From Octopus bimaculoides (taxonomy: Eukaryota), in contig NC_068985.1 in assembly GCF_001194135.2 (NCBI RefSeq), positions 87,379,502 through 87,443,501 of the forward strand: a DNA stretch of 64,000 nucleotides. Reading direction: 5' to 3'. The translations under genes were made by a program, and so were the position numbers. This document shows positions 1-12,174 of this stretch, one piece after another (position 1 is the first letter of the stretch; the number at the start of each line of letters is the position of its first letter). Under the pieces are notes generated by a model. The model searched no databases and was not told the DNA's origin. It saw nothing but the letters and a program-made list of their open reading frames with translations.

Positions 1-71
1 CTTCGAAATTATATTTCCCATCATATAAACTACTTCGAAGATTATTTTAACAAGTTTTAAATGATTTCTTT

Positions 72-195
72 TGTACATTATTTACATTATTCCCATTTGA
101 CGGATATTTGCCCTCATCTTGTTTGTTTTTATGCCGTAGTGGTTAAGAGCGCAGGCTACTAACCCCAAAATTCCGAGTTCGATTCCAGGCAGTGA

Positions 196-245
<50 letters not shown>

Positions 246-400
246 TCGAAAAATATCTTAGGAATGAGAACCAGGTTCGAAATTTCCCCAAGACACCAAA
301 TGAAGGATGGAGAGTAGATGAAGATGAGCACAAATATCCGTCAAACGTAAATAATGTAAATAATGCATATCATTCCTCATCTCTTAAATATAGAACTGGA
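72..400 (+). mobile_element. tRNA-headed non-autonomous retroelement with Penelope-like tail and inverted tail fragment at its 5' junction
   Basis: 133-200 has A-box-like GTAGTGGTTAAG and B-box GAGTTCGATTCC, then (AAT)n 200-245. Body and tail 271-400 match 22610-22735. 72-128 is the reverse complement of the tail at 318-365. Confidence 0.7.
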
Positions 401-527
401 TTTCTTTTGTGTTGTAAACTATTTACTATTCCTGTGGTATCTAGCTCGATGCCCTTTTCTTGCTTAATGTTTAATCGAGCACTACACCCCTCCCCCATAC
501 ACGAACACACATATATACATATATCTC

Positions 528-891
528 GTGGCACTCCGTCGGTTACGACGACGAGGGTTCCAGTTGACCCAATCAACGGAACAGCCTGCTTGTGAATTTA
601 ACGTGCAAGTGGCTGAGCACTCCACAGACACGTGCACCCTTAACCTAGTTCTCGGGGAGATTCAGCGTGACACAGAGTGTGACAAGTCTGGCCCTTTGAA
701 ATACAGGTACAACAGAAACAGGAAGAAAGAGAGAAAGTTGTGGTGAAAGTGTACAGCATGGTTCACCACCACCCCCTGCTGGAGCCATGTGGAGCTTTAG
801 GTGTTTTCGCTCAATTAACACTCACAACGCCCGGTCTAGGAATCGAAACCGCTAGCCCGCTTCCCTAACTACTGGTCCATTGCGCCTCCAC
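528..891 (-). mobile_element. tRNA-derived SINE, family A (working name)
   Basis: Minus strand starts GTGGAGGCGCAATGG...GGTTTCGATTCC (Pol III A/B boxes). Highly similar copies at 8576-8914 and 22824-23190. Confidence 0.85.
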
Positions 892-893
892 AT

Positions 894-926
<33 letters not shown>

Positions 927-1149
927 TGTATACATATATAAATATATATTGTATTTCGTATAACAGATTCTTGATGTAAACGCATGTGTTGAAACATATC
1001 TCTCAAAAGGTCATTACGCCAATAATAAAGCTGGCATTAGTTTTATTCTATTCATTTATTATTCGCCAATTGGTTACAAAGCACACTCGAAGCCGTTCTG
1101 ATGAATAGAGGATGCATTATTGAAGATACTGTGAAAAACCCCGGTGACA

Positions 1150-4100
1150 GTTATACTATGGCAAATAATCACAACAGATGTCATAAATGCAGTTTATTCG
1201 TTTGTAACCATGTACAGTAATGTTTCATGTTCATTTACAATCACCAAAATGACATAAGCTAAGATAAAAATAGTACAAAAAATTAAGCATTTTACAATGT
1301 AATATAATTTAGAAGACATTCAGGGAGTGAGATTTTCTTTTCCTTTTTCTTCATAGATTGTTCATAGTTCAGCAAATGAGAGGGAATGGAAAATGGCAAA
1401 GAAGAGACAAGCATTCTACATACAAATTACTTTGTAGGCAATTTCCAGGCAAATTCTACCTTATGAAAAACGTAGTAACGGTCAGAAATGTTGTGACTAT
1501 CACAGCATTTACTCCAATCAAATTTTATGAACCGTTTTTGGTATCAAATTTCGGGCGTAGATATTTTATATCCGTTGCTATTCCATAGTTGTGTATACAG
1601 CAATATATTAGTAGAGATAATTTTTTCAGGCACCTAATTTTTGGGGTGTCGCTACCGGTTTGTATGGATATGCATTAGAATTAAAATGCAAGGGAGTTTG
1701 GACACGTAGATCTGTTGCCGCAGTTAACGTAACACAATAACCAATTCTATATCATATCCTAAATTATGACATGTGAGAAATTCGAATTTTAAATATAAAA
1801 GTAACTGTGAAGATACCCGAAATATACCTATTTTAATAATTCCCTATTCTTCTCATTATAAAGATCAGAAATATTTTTCTCATCACTGTATCTATGTATA
1901 GCACCATTCCATCCGTTTTTCTTCGTTCTATTTTTATTTTTGTTCTTGAATCATCAGAAATATATAAACCTTGGTAATTACACTACACTAAATTTAACAT
2001 TTTATGAAGTGAGATAGTTTACGGGACATAAAAGGAAGGTGTTTTTTCCCTGTTTTTTCTTCATAGACCAGGCATAGTTCAACAGCTGAAAATGGAAAGA
2101 AAAAAGGCAGAGATAGGAGCATAGAGTGAGGAAATCAGCACGCAGATTAGTTATACTCAAGGAATTTCTACTTTTTCAAAATCACATACATGTAATGACT
2201 CTAAAAGTCTTGGCTACGAATAAGATTCCCATGTCGTTTATGGTGTCATCATTCCGGGCGCAGATGATATATTTCAGCTGCTTGCTATTCCGTCATCATT
2301 TATCCAGCTTTGTTTATTGACAGAGTCAATTTCTACGAACACTCAGCGCTTTGGGGTTCGTTGAATGTTTGTGTGAATATAAATCAAAATTCACACTCAG
2401 AGTCGTTTGATCATGTGAAGTCCAATAAGTAGTTAATTTTATGGAGATAATCACTTCTAGATAAAGCGTAAATCGAAGCTGAGTGAGAAGTTCGAATTTT
2501 AGAATTAAGACTTACAATGAAAATGCAGAGAATATATCAATTTAATGATTGTATTCTAATTAGAAATATTGGAAATATCTGTTAGACACCAGTAACAATG
2601 TACAACACCGTTTCATCCTTACAATGACATATACTTAAGAATTATATTAAATCAACATTTATAAAGTGAGATAGTTTAGGTGTCTTTCAACGTATGTTTT
2701 ATCGTTCTCCTCTTTCTTCATCGATCGTTGATAGTTCACTAAGAGAAGGGAAGAGAGAGAGAGAGTGAGAGTAAGGAGGAAGGGAGTAAAGGTCTACATA
2801 CAGTTTAATTACTTCCAGGGAATCCCAAACTTGTTAAAATGTGTAACTACATGTGTAACATGTAGTTACTATAACAATCCTGAGTACAAAAAAAATATTC
2901 TCACATCGTTTTTAGTGACATCATTCCTGGCCTAGATGTTATATTTCAGCCTCTAATCTGTAATTGCTTTGCTTTTATTTATGTCAGTAGAGACAATTTC
3001 TTCGGGCACGTAACAACTTGGATATCTCCATCAATTTTGTGGATATAAATTAGAATTCAGACAGAGAAGTTTGATCACGTGGGCCTATGACATCAGTCAT
3101 TGTAAGTTATTGTAAGGACATCAGTTATTGTAATCTATTCCTAAATAACTACTCGATAGATCCTAAATCATGGCAGGGGAGAAATTTCATTCTCTATTTA
3201 TAACATCAATAAAGAAAATGCACAGAATGTGACTTTTTCCTAATTCTCTATTTTTCTTCTAATTACGAAGAACCTGAATAATTTATAATTATTGACATCC
3301 ATGTATCGCCTCTTTTCACCCTTATATGTAATCACCAGCATGACCTAAACATAGGCAGATATTTTACACTAAATGTTATCATTTACTGCAGCGAGATTGT
3401 CTACAAAGTATTCAACTAGTGAGCTGGTTTTTCTTTCTTATTTTCCTTCAGAGATCGTTTATAGTTCAGCAAGAGATAGAGAAGGGAAAAGAGAAGAGAG
3501 GAAAAGAAGAGATCTACTTACAGCTCAATTACTTCCAGGGAGTTTCTAAATGTTGTTTCTATAATAGTCTTGATTACTAACAAATTCCACAAGCCGCTTT
3601 TGGTCGGCCATCATTCCGGTCGTAGATAATATAATTTAGCTGCCATTCGGTAGATGATTATGCTTCTTTATATTAACAGAGACAATTTCTTCGAGAATAT
3701 AAGCTACAGCCATTAGTTTGTGTAGATATAAATTAGAGACCATATCCAGAATTGTCTGAAGACATGGAATCATGGTAGCAAAAATTATAATGAAGACAAG
3801 TCCTAAATTAGAGTGTGAGAAGTTTCAATTTTAGATATAACAATAACAATGAAGATGCCCGGAATACCTCTATTTCATGATTATATATTTTTTCTTCTCA
3901 TTACAAACTTCCTAAATATTTAAAAATCATTGTTAGTTATATATAGTGCAATTTCATCCTTAACTGGAATCACGAGCATGACGTAATCCAAATCAAACAT
4001 TTTTCAACAAAATTCAACATTATACAAACCGAGAAATTTCGGATAATATTCTACGAATGCTTTTGTTCTTTTTTTTTTTAAATTTTAACTCATAGAGCTT

Positions 4101-6080
4101 CATAGTCAAGTAAGTGAGAGGACAGAGTTGGACGTAGGGATAGAAGATTTTTAGGAATTATTAATTAATTTTAGGGAATTCTAACTATTGAAATCTTCCT
4201 AGGCATGGCTACGTTGTACTGAGCCTGCTTCCCAGCCACATGGCTCCGGATTCAGTCACACTCCGTGGAAACTTGGGCTAGTATTTTCTGCTATAGCCTC
4301 AGACCGACCAAAGTCTTGTGAGTGGATTTAGTAGAGAGAAACTGAAAGAAGCCCGGCGTATATGTATACATATATATGTGTGTGAGTATGTGTGTGTCAT
4401 TGTATCAGTGTTTTCTTCCACCACCCCTTGACAACTAATGTCGGCGTTTACGTCCCCGTAATTCAGCAGTTCGACAAAAGACGCCGATTGAATTAGAACT
4501 AGGCTTTAAAAACAAATGTACCCCAGGATAGCTGCAGTTTAATGGCCGAAACAAAGAAAAGATAGGTAGTTTTTCCTCCTTTTTCTTCATAGACCGGGCA
4601 TCGTTCAACAACTGAAAATGGAAGGAAAAAGGGCAGAGATAGGGGCATAGCGTGCAAACAAATTTCACCAATCGTTTATTGAGTTTCATTCTTGGCGTCG
4701 ATAATACATCCTCCATTATATTTTCAGAGCAAATTTCTGCGGATACAAAACCCCTGCGCCATCACCGTTAGTTTATGTGGATATAATGTGACTTCACAAC
4801 CAGACTAGTTTGAACACGTGGAGCCCTTACTATATTTATTGTAAGGGAGACAATCGCTTCTAGATAAATCTTAAATCATGTATTTTAAATTCTAGATAAA
4901 TTCTAAATCACATATTTCAAATTTCAGTGTAACGAAAAATATACAATGAATATGACTATTTAATAATTTTATGTAGTTTTTACTCATAGTCATTTGTAGC
5001 TATTTACAGCACCATTTCATCCTTATTAAGAATTATCAAAATGACATATCCCGAGGCAAATATATTTTAGTGAATTAATCATTATACAAAGTTTGATAGA
5101 TCACAAGAGATTTAATGGATTCTATCTTGAATTTTGTATCTAAACCAAGATCGTTTATAGTTCAGTAACTGAGAGAGAAAGGAAAAGAGAAAACAAAGCA
5201 AAAACAGAAGCGTTCTAATTTCTACATTATGAAAAAAGTTTATAAAACTTGTAATAATCCTGACTATAAATAAATTTCACAAACTAATTTTGGTGCCCAC
5301 ATTCCGAGTTTAGGTAGCATATTCCAGCTGATATTCCATTGGTGTTTATACTTGTTCATCCTGATAGGGACAATTTCCTCGAACACGTATCGTCTTGGAA
5401 ATCACCAGCGGTTCCTGTGGAAATAATTTAGAATTCACAGTCAGAGTAGTGAGCTCATGAAGTGTCGAAGATGTTGTCAGGAATATAATTACTTCTAGAT
5501 AAATCTTCAATCATGGTGAGGTGAGATCTTCGAATTTTGAACTTAAATTCAGTGAAAATTCACAGAATGTACACAATAAATAATAGTTTATTCTTTTCTA
5601 CTCATTACAAATTTCTTCTATATATATTTTAGTCATTGTAATTGGAAGACATGTAAAGCGCCATTTCATTCTTATCTGGAATCGTCAGTACGACATAACC
5701 CAACGCAAAAATATTCTAAAGTAAATTAGAAATTTTACAAGATATTCAAAGAATTCCTTTTTCCACTTTTTCATCGATCGTTCATAATTCAGAGAATTTG
5801 CGAAAAGGGGAAAGAAATGGAAGAGACAAGAGATCTATATACAGATTAATTACTTCCAGAATATTGCTAACTTGTGAAATCATTCCTAAATGTAGTTACT
5901 ATAACAGACGCTTTTGTGTCATCATTCTGAATGTAGATAATATATTTAGCTGTTATTCTATACTTGATTATCCTTCATTATGTTTGCAAGGACAATTCCT
6001 TAGAACTTATAATGCCCTGTCTATCTCTATCCGTTAGACTGGATCTAAATTAGAATTCACAACCAGGGTATTAGACATGT
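1150..6080. repeat. Degenerate tandem array, 8 units of mostly ~620-730 bp
   Basis: Anchor TTCAT(A/C)GA..GTTCATAGTTCA recurs at ~1351, 2061, 2718, 3448, 4090, 4587, 5146, 5771. Shared downstream blocks include CATCATTCC..GCGTAGAT..TATTTCAGCTG, GACAATTTC and AATTAGAATTCAC. Confidence 0.85.
4201..4560 (+). mobile_element. SINE family B inserted into array unit 5
   Basis: Head ...CCAGCCACATGGCTCCGGATTCAGTC, internal (TA/TG) spacer, tail CGTCCCCGTAATTCAGCAGTTCGACAAAAGA. Matches copies at 20995-21312 and 23828-24627. Confidence 0.8.
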
Positions 6081-6235
6081 GCAACTCAGGCAATCATACA
6101 CACATACATACATTCATACATGCATGCATACGTACATACATACGTGCATGCATTAAAGTATGTCTGAGCTATGCAATCATCGAAAAGTGAACATTAAGTG
6201 ACGATGAAGAATGATTGATAATGATATATACTGAG

Positions 6236-6278
<43 letters not shown>

Positions 6279-6569
6279 TTGTGTGTGTGTGTGTGTGTGT
6301 GTGTCTACGTACAAATACATAAACATATGCTAATATATATATACCCTTACTCTCTTTTACTCTTTTGTAACACCACGATGTGTTACAAAGAAAAGCAGAA
6401 TTAACGAAGGAACTTCTACGTGGCAGCTCAGTATGCTAGAAATGGCAGTGAAATCTTTTCTCAAACAGATATAGTATATAAGTATATGCAGTTGAATGAG
6501 GTTCATAGGTGAATATACATGACTTGATGGTCACCACTGGAACGTTTATTGTAATAGTTATTCTTCAAT

Positions 6570-6760
6570 ATTCTTAGCGTGGATATCGTGTCGGACGAAA
6601 GGCTGATACCGGACGAAATGCTGGTAAGCCTTTCGTCCGTCTTTATGTTCTGAGTTCAAATTGCACCGAGGAAAACATTGCTTTTCATCCTTGAGCACAG
6701 AGATCGATGTAATTGACTCAGCTCTCTCTTCGAAAATGATGGCCTTGTGTCAAGATTTGA
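6570..6760 (+). mobile_element. SINE family C (degenerate)
   Basis: TTCTGAGTTCAAATT..CCGAGG...CTTTTCATCC B-box region shared with 39720-39910 and 47264-47480. Confidence 0.7.
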
Positions 6761-6972
6761 AACCAATATCGCTAGCATGAGTCTAACCAACAATAAAATG
6801 AACAACGGATTGTTAGAGAATCAAAGAGTTTTGGTGAAAAAAATGCGATGTCAACTATTTTCAAACCTTAGACTGATTTCTGCCTCTACTTTACTTTTAT
6901 TCCATAAAAGTAGCTTTGTGTGTACATACGTGTCTATATACACAATCATATATATATATATATATATATATA

Positions 6973-7474
6973 NNNNNNNNNNNNNNNNNNNNNNNNNNNN
7001 NNNNNNNNNNNNNNNNNNNNNNNNNNNNNNNNNNNNNNNNNNNNNNNNNNNNNNNNNNNNNNNNNNNNNNNNNNNNNNNNNNNNNNNNNNNNNNNNNNNN
7101 NNNNNNNNNNNNNNNNNNNNNNNNNNNNNNNNNNNNNNNNNNNNNNNNNNNNNNNNNNNNNNNNNNNNNNNNNNNNNNNNNNNNNNNNNNNNNNNNNNNN
7201 NNNNNNNNNNNNNNNNNNNNNNNNNNNNNNNNNNNNNNNNNNNNNNNNNNNNNNNNNNNNNNNNNNNNNNNNNNNNNNNNNNNNNNNNNNNNNNNNNNNN
7301 NNNNNNNNNNNNNNNNNNNNNNNNNNNNNNNNNNNNNNNNNNNNNNNNNNNNNNNNNNNNNNNNNNNNNNNNNNNNNNNNNNNNNNNNNNNNNNNNNNNN
7401 NNNNNNNNNNNNNNNNNNNNNNNNNNNNNNNNNNNNNNNNNNNNNNNNNNNNNNNNNNNNNNNNNNNNNNNNNN
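6973..7474. other. Assembly gap flanked by (TA)n
   Basis: N run. Other gaps: 9720-10702, 14611-14927, 27105-27185, 30245-30337, 31246-31621, 41107-41345, 45756-45765, 58027-58874, 60386-60469. Confidence 1.
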
Positions 7475-7513
<39 letters not shown>

Positions 7514-7519
<6 letters not shown>

Positions 7520-8545
7520 GTTGAGCAAGAGGTAAGCAACGTTTTGAAACATGAAATTCATTACAAAATATTTCAACAATACGGAAATTCTATTCATCAA
7601 AGTAAGCACCATTGCAACCAACAGATTTTTACCAACGAGTTACAAGTTTGTTTATTCCGGTTAAATAAATATCTGGAGGTCTGGAGCTGATGAATTCTTT
7701 GAACACACTTTCAACATCGGTTTGATTTTTGAACTCCTTCTCTCGCAGAAAACCATCAACGTGCTTGAAAAAGTGATGTTCGGTAGAAGAAAAGTCTGAG
7801 GAATAAGCTGGGTGGGAAAGAACATCGTAGCTAAGTTCCCTCAACTTCTAGAACGTCATTAGTAAAATGTCTATTCGAGAATTTTCAAGAAGAATGATTG
7901 GTCCTCTTCTGTTGAGCAGTCTGAGACAGAAGAGTAGCAGGTTTCCGTTCATTTTAGCAATTTTATGACAATGTCTCTGCAGTAATGGTTTTTACATATT
8001 TTAGGAAGTTATAGTGGAGGAGTCCAGCAGTACACCACCAAACAATCACCAGAACCTTCCTTTTGAAGAGTTTGGGTTTAAGGAAGGTTTTCGGTGCTTC
8101 ATTTTGGTTCAACCACTGCGAAAAACGTTTTTTATTATTGTATAGAATCCACTTTTCATCGCAAGTTACAATACGGTCGAGAAAGGGATCGGTCTTGGTA
8201 CGGAAAAGAAGCGACGAGCAAATTTCAGATCTGTGCATTTTCTGATTTTCATTCAAATAATGTGGTACTCATTTGTCAAGCTTTTTGATTTTCCGATTGC
8301 ATGCAAATGATTGCAGGCAGTTTTTGTTTTGGCTAACTTGAAGTTCTTTTGCCAGTTCTCGAGTGGTTTCATGTGGATCTTTCTCAATGACAGTCTTTAA
8401 TTGGTCGTCATCAATAATAGATGGGCGTCCATTACACTTCGAACTGCTCAGTCACTGGTCATTTCCTCATTAAGCGTTTCACTTGATATCATGAGCAGAT
8501 CCAGTTGCTTTACGTCCTATTTTTGATGCAGTCAAGCTAAGAAAG
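7514..8545 (-). mobile_element. Mariner (Tc1/mariner, D,D34D type) transposon, frameshifted transposase pseudogene
   Basis: Fragments FLDRIVTCDEKWILYNNKKRFSQW, PKLFKRKVLVIVWW, HPAYSSDFSSTEHHFFKH, GINKLVTRW; N-terminal GRPSIIDDDQL..TTRELAKEL. Mariner-type TIR TA|TTAGGTTGAGCAAGAGGTAAGCAACGTTTT at 7514-7545, next to (TA)n. Confidence 0.93.
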
Positions 8546-8575
8546 AAAGAAAGATTGGAAAGACAGCTCTGAATT

Positions 8576-8914
8576 GTGGCACTCCGTGGGTTACAACGAC
8601 GAGGGTTCCAGTTGATCCGATCAACGGAACAGCCTGCTCGTGAAATTAACGTGCAAGTGGCTGAGCAGTCTACAGACATGTGTACCCTTAACGTAGTTCT
8701 CGGGGAGATTCAGCGTGACAAAGAGTGTGAGAAGTCTGGCCCTTTGAAATACAGGTACAACAGAAACAGTAAGAAGGAGTGAGAGAAAGTTGTGGTGGAA
8801 GAGCTTTAAGAGTTTTCGTTCAATAAACACTCACAACGCCAAGTCTGGGAATCGAAACCGCGATCATATGTCCGCGAGTTCGCTGCCCTAACCACTGGGC
8901 CATCGCGCCTCCAC
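8576..8914 (-). mobile_element. SINE family A
   Basis: Highly similar to 528-891; abuts the 5' part of the mariner transposase. Confidence 0.85.
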
Positions 8915-10718
8915 ACTGCTCTAAATACAGCAAAAGGGAAAGAAGAGAAATTTATAGAAATAAAACGTAATAACTTTAAAAACTCAATAAACAATGAAAA
9001 ATTAATCAATCTGAGAAATAGATAGAAAGATAAAGAGAAGCTTTATTAGACAATGTTCTAACACCAATGCGAAGAAACAAACGTTGCTATTAAGATTAAA
9101 GCCCGTTCATTCCAGCTTCTTGTACTAAAAATATCTCTTTTGTATTAATTCTGTGAAACCTATCGAATTTCCACATATATACCCAGTAAAAAGAGTGCTC
9201 TTGCTGTATGATAGCATATGGCTGTCGATGACTCTGAAGGAGCTTGGCAAAGCACATTATAAGGTTATTACCCAGATAATATTAAATATGTATAAATAAA
9301 ATAAAAAAATATATATGTGTGTATATATATGTATACATACATACATACATATATATATATATATACAAGAATAAGGGCAGAGAATCGTCAATTAATAATA
9401 GAATTAATAATTAACAATTTTGCCAAGTAGTTCAGTATGAAAAAAAACCTTTATCGGTAAAACTATTTATCATTATAAATATACAGGGATTAGCAATTGA
9501 GTTGCTTCTCCAACATACTGAAAATTTAGAAATAGCAGTCAAAGAACTACCGATTCCAAACTACAAATTTTTCTCTAAAGTGGATGGCGATATTTATGGC
9601 ACACATAGAACAAAAAAAAACGGAGGGAAAAGCGTAAACAAACCAAGCCTTTAGTTAATTGGATACGAATCGTTTCATGGTTAAGTGAATGGAAATTTCA
9701 CTATTCCAATCTTCAGCCCNNNNNNNNNNNNNNNNNNNNNNNNNNNNNNNNNNNNNNNNNNNNNNNNNNNNNNNNNNNNNNNNNNNNNNNNNNNNNNNNN
9801 NNNNNNNNNNNNNNNNNNNNNNNNNNNNNNNNNNNNNNNNNNNNNNNNNNNNNNNNNNNNNNNNNNNNNNNNNNNNNNNNNNNNNNNNNNNNNNNNNNNN
9901 NNNNNNNNNNNNNNNNNNNNNNNNNNNNNNNNNNNNNNNNNNNNNNNNNNNNNNNNNNNNNNNNNNNNNNNNNNNNNNNNNNNNNNNNNNNNNNNNNNNN
10001 NNNNNNNNNNNNNNNNNNNNNNNNNNNNNNNNNNNNNNNNNNNNNNNNNNNNNNNNNNNNNNNNNNNNNNNNNNNNNNNNNNNNNNNNNNNNNNNNNNNN
10101 NNNNNNNNNNNNNNNNNNNNNNNNNNNNNNNNNNNNNNNNNNNNNNNNNNNNNNNNNNNNNNNNNNNNNNNNNNNNNNNNNNNNNNNNNNNNNNNNNNNN
10201 NNNNNNNNNNNNNNNNNNNNNNNNNNNNNNNNNNNNNNNNNNNNNNNNNNNNNNNNNNNNNNNNNNNNNNNNNNNNNNNNNNNNNNNNNNNNNNNNNNNN
10301 NNNNNNNNNNNNNNNNNNNNNNNNNNNNNNNNNNNNNNNNNNNNNNNNNNNNNNNNNNNNNNNNNNNNNNNNNNNNNNNNNNNNNNNNNNNNNNNNNNNN
10401 NNNNNNNNNNNNNNNNNNNNNNNNNNNNNNNNNNNNNNNNNNNNNNNNNNNNNNNNNNNNNNNNNNNNNNNNNNNNNNNNNNNNNNNNNNNNNNNNNNNN
10501 NNNNNNNNNNNNNNNNNNNNNNNNNNNNNNNNNNNNNNNNNNNNNNNNNNNNNNNNNNNNNNNNNNNNNNNNNNNNNNNNNNNNNNNNNNNNNNNNNNNN
10601 NNNNNNNNNNNNNNNNNNNNNNNNNNNNNNNNNNNNNNNNNNNNNNNNNNNNNNNNNNNNNNNNNNNNNNNNNNNNNNNNNNNNNNNNNNNNNNNNNNNN
10701 NNTATATACATACATACT

Positions 10719-10755
<37 letters not shown>

Positions 10756-10795
10756 CTATCCATGTATGTATGTTTGTATGTATAAACACACGCAC

Positions 10796-10834
<39 letters not shown>

Positions 10835-10844
10835 AAAGACAGGA

Positions 10845-10955
10845 TGGTCTTCCTTGGAACATCTTTGATCATAGAACCGTCTGTTTGCTGAGGGCTGACT
10901 TGGGGCTAAAGAACGACAACATTACCGACAACAACCGCAGCAGCAACAACAACTC
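10845..10955 (+). mobile_element. Tail of repeat family E ending in (CAA)-rich tract
   Basis: GGATGGTC...GATCATAG...GGGCTGACTTGGGGCTAAAGAACGACAAC resembles 33400-33480 and 57540-57590. Confidence 0.5.
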
Positions 10956-11369
10956 CAATTTCTCGTCTCCATGCAATAGCAGATGAAAGACTAAATTCAC
11001 AGCAAAAATAACAATAAAAATAAAGAATAATGTGAAATTGAACCAAATAAAAAGAAATTTCAATCGTTCTTATGGAAATCATGGAATATTTGAATACGAT
11101 GTCAGCCTTGAAGCAGGCATTAACATCAGTGAGAATCACAGAAATATTGATTTTGGTCTTCTCTCCTTTTCTTTGTCACTGTAGCATCAAACTGCAAATT
11201 GATCACAGCACATACCTGATTCTTATTTTATCGATCTCAAAAGCATGGTAAGTAAAGTCAACCATGGAAAAATTTGAACTGTGAATGTAGACGAATGAAA
11301 CTGAATATGGGAGGGGGGTGGAGATAGGTGGGGGTGGAGAGTGGTGGGGTAGAAGGTTATTCCAGTGCT

Positions 11370-11886
11370 CAATAGCAGCAGCAGCAGCGTGTATTTTTCT
11401 TGCCTGCTGTATCACTAAAACTACCAACATCACCGTCACTGCCGCCGCCGCCGTCACCACTGTCACTGCTGTCCCCATCGCCACCACCACCACCACCACC
11501 ACCACCACCACAGCCGGTGTCATTGATGTCATAATAATAGAACTGTTTTAAGCACTAATACCAACTGCTCTTTACTTCTGCACTATTAATCAACATTACA
11601 CTACATTACTTTAAGCGCCACTGCGTCACTGTGCCATAAACCACTGGAGTGAAACTAATGAAACACTCCTTCACTCAAGTGTTAAAGTTTCACTCAAATT
11701 CAAATATGAATAAACTCACTGAGATAATCCAAACCCTTCTTAATATAAATGTTTAGCTTAGATACTAATTTAATAATTGTTACATCATCATCATCATCTT
11801 CAACAACATTCTTCTCTTCATCATCATCTCAATTGTTCTCATCCTCATCTACAACTACTCCCACTACTACTGCTGCTGCTGCTGCA

Positions 11887-11935
<49 letters not shown>

Positions 11936-11940
11936 AAGAG
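11370..11940. repeat. Compound trinucleotide microsatellites (CAG, GCC, CAC, CAT, CTG, CTA)
   Basis: Direct reading; explains the poly-Ala/Thr/Val/Leu ORFs in the track. Confidence 0.95.
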
Positions 11941-12174
11941 CAATAGAAACATAGTATGCCATCACTGTATTTATCTTAAAGCTGCCAATATGGGTGTTTG
12001 ATTATGGTTGTCTCTTAATGTACTAAAACCAGCAGACAAATATCCCTTAACAATCTGAATGGCATCAGAAAGAAGTTTAGTTCCATGAGTATTATCTCTA
12101 AGAGAGACACCAATGGTGAAATGCCCATTAATGGATACAACAATTATGAGAAGTCAGGAAAATGTTTTGATATT

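Noticed and set aside
133-200. Possible tRNA gene
   Set aside because: A/B boxes are present, but I could not form a proper acceptor stem and it is fused to a retroelement body. Treated as a SINE head.
1150-6080. Array as CRISPR, protocadherin-like exons or C/D snoRNA cluster
   Set aside because: Unit size and eukaryotic context exclude CRISPR. The QLKYII-like reading is not frame-conserved and lacks cadherin DRE/DxNDN motifs. C and D boxes are not jointly conserved.
6747-10891. Long ORFs (200-400 aa) in the track, also at 14424-15022, 30978-31785 and 57936-58985
   Set aside because: They run through N gaps and (TA)n; X-filled artefacts.
10920-11003. Minus-strand Cys-string reading (CMETRNWSCCCCCGCCR)
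   Set aside because: Produced by the (CAA/CAG)n tail of a repeat.
11307-11352. G-rich tract with G-quadruplex potential
   Set aside because: Irregular G-runs beside low-complexity repeats; no functional context.
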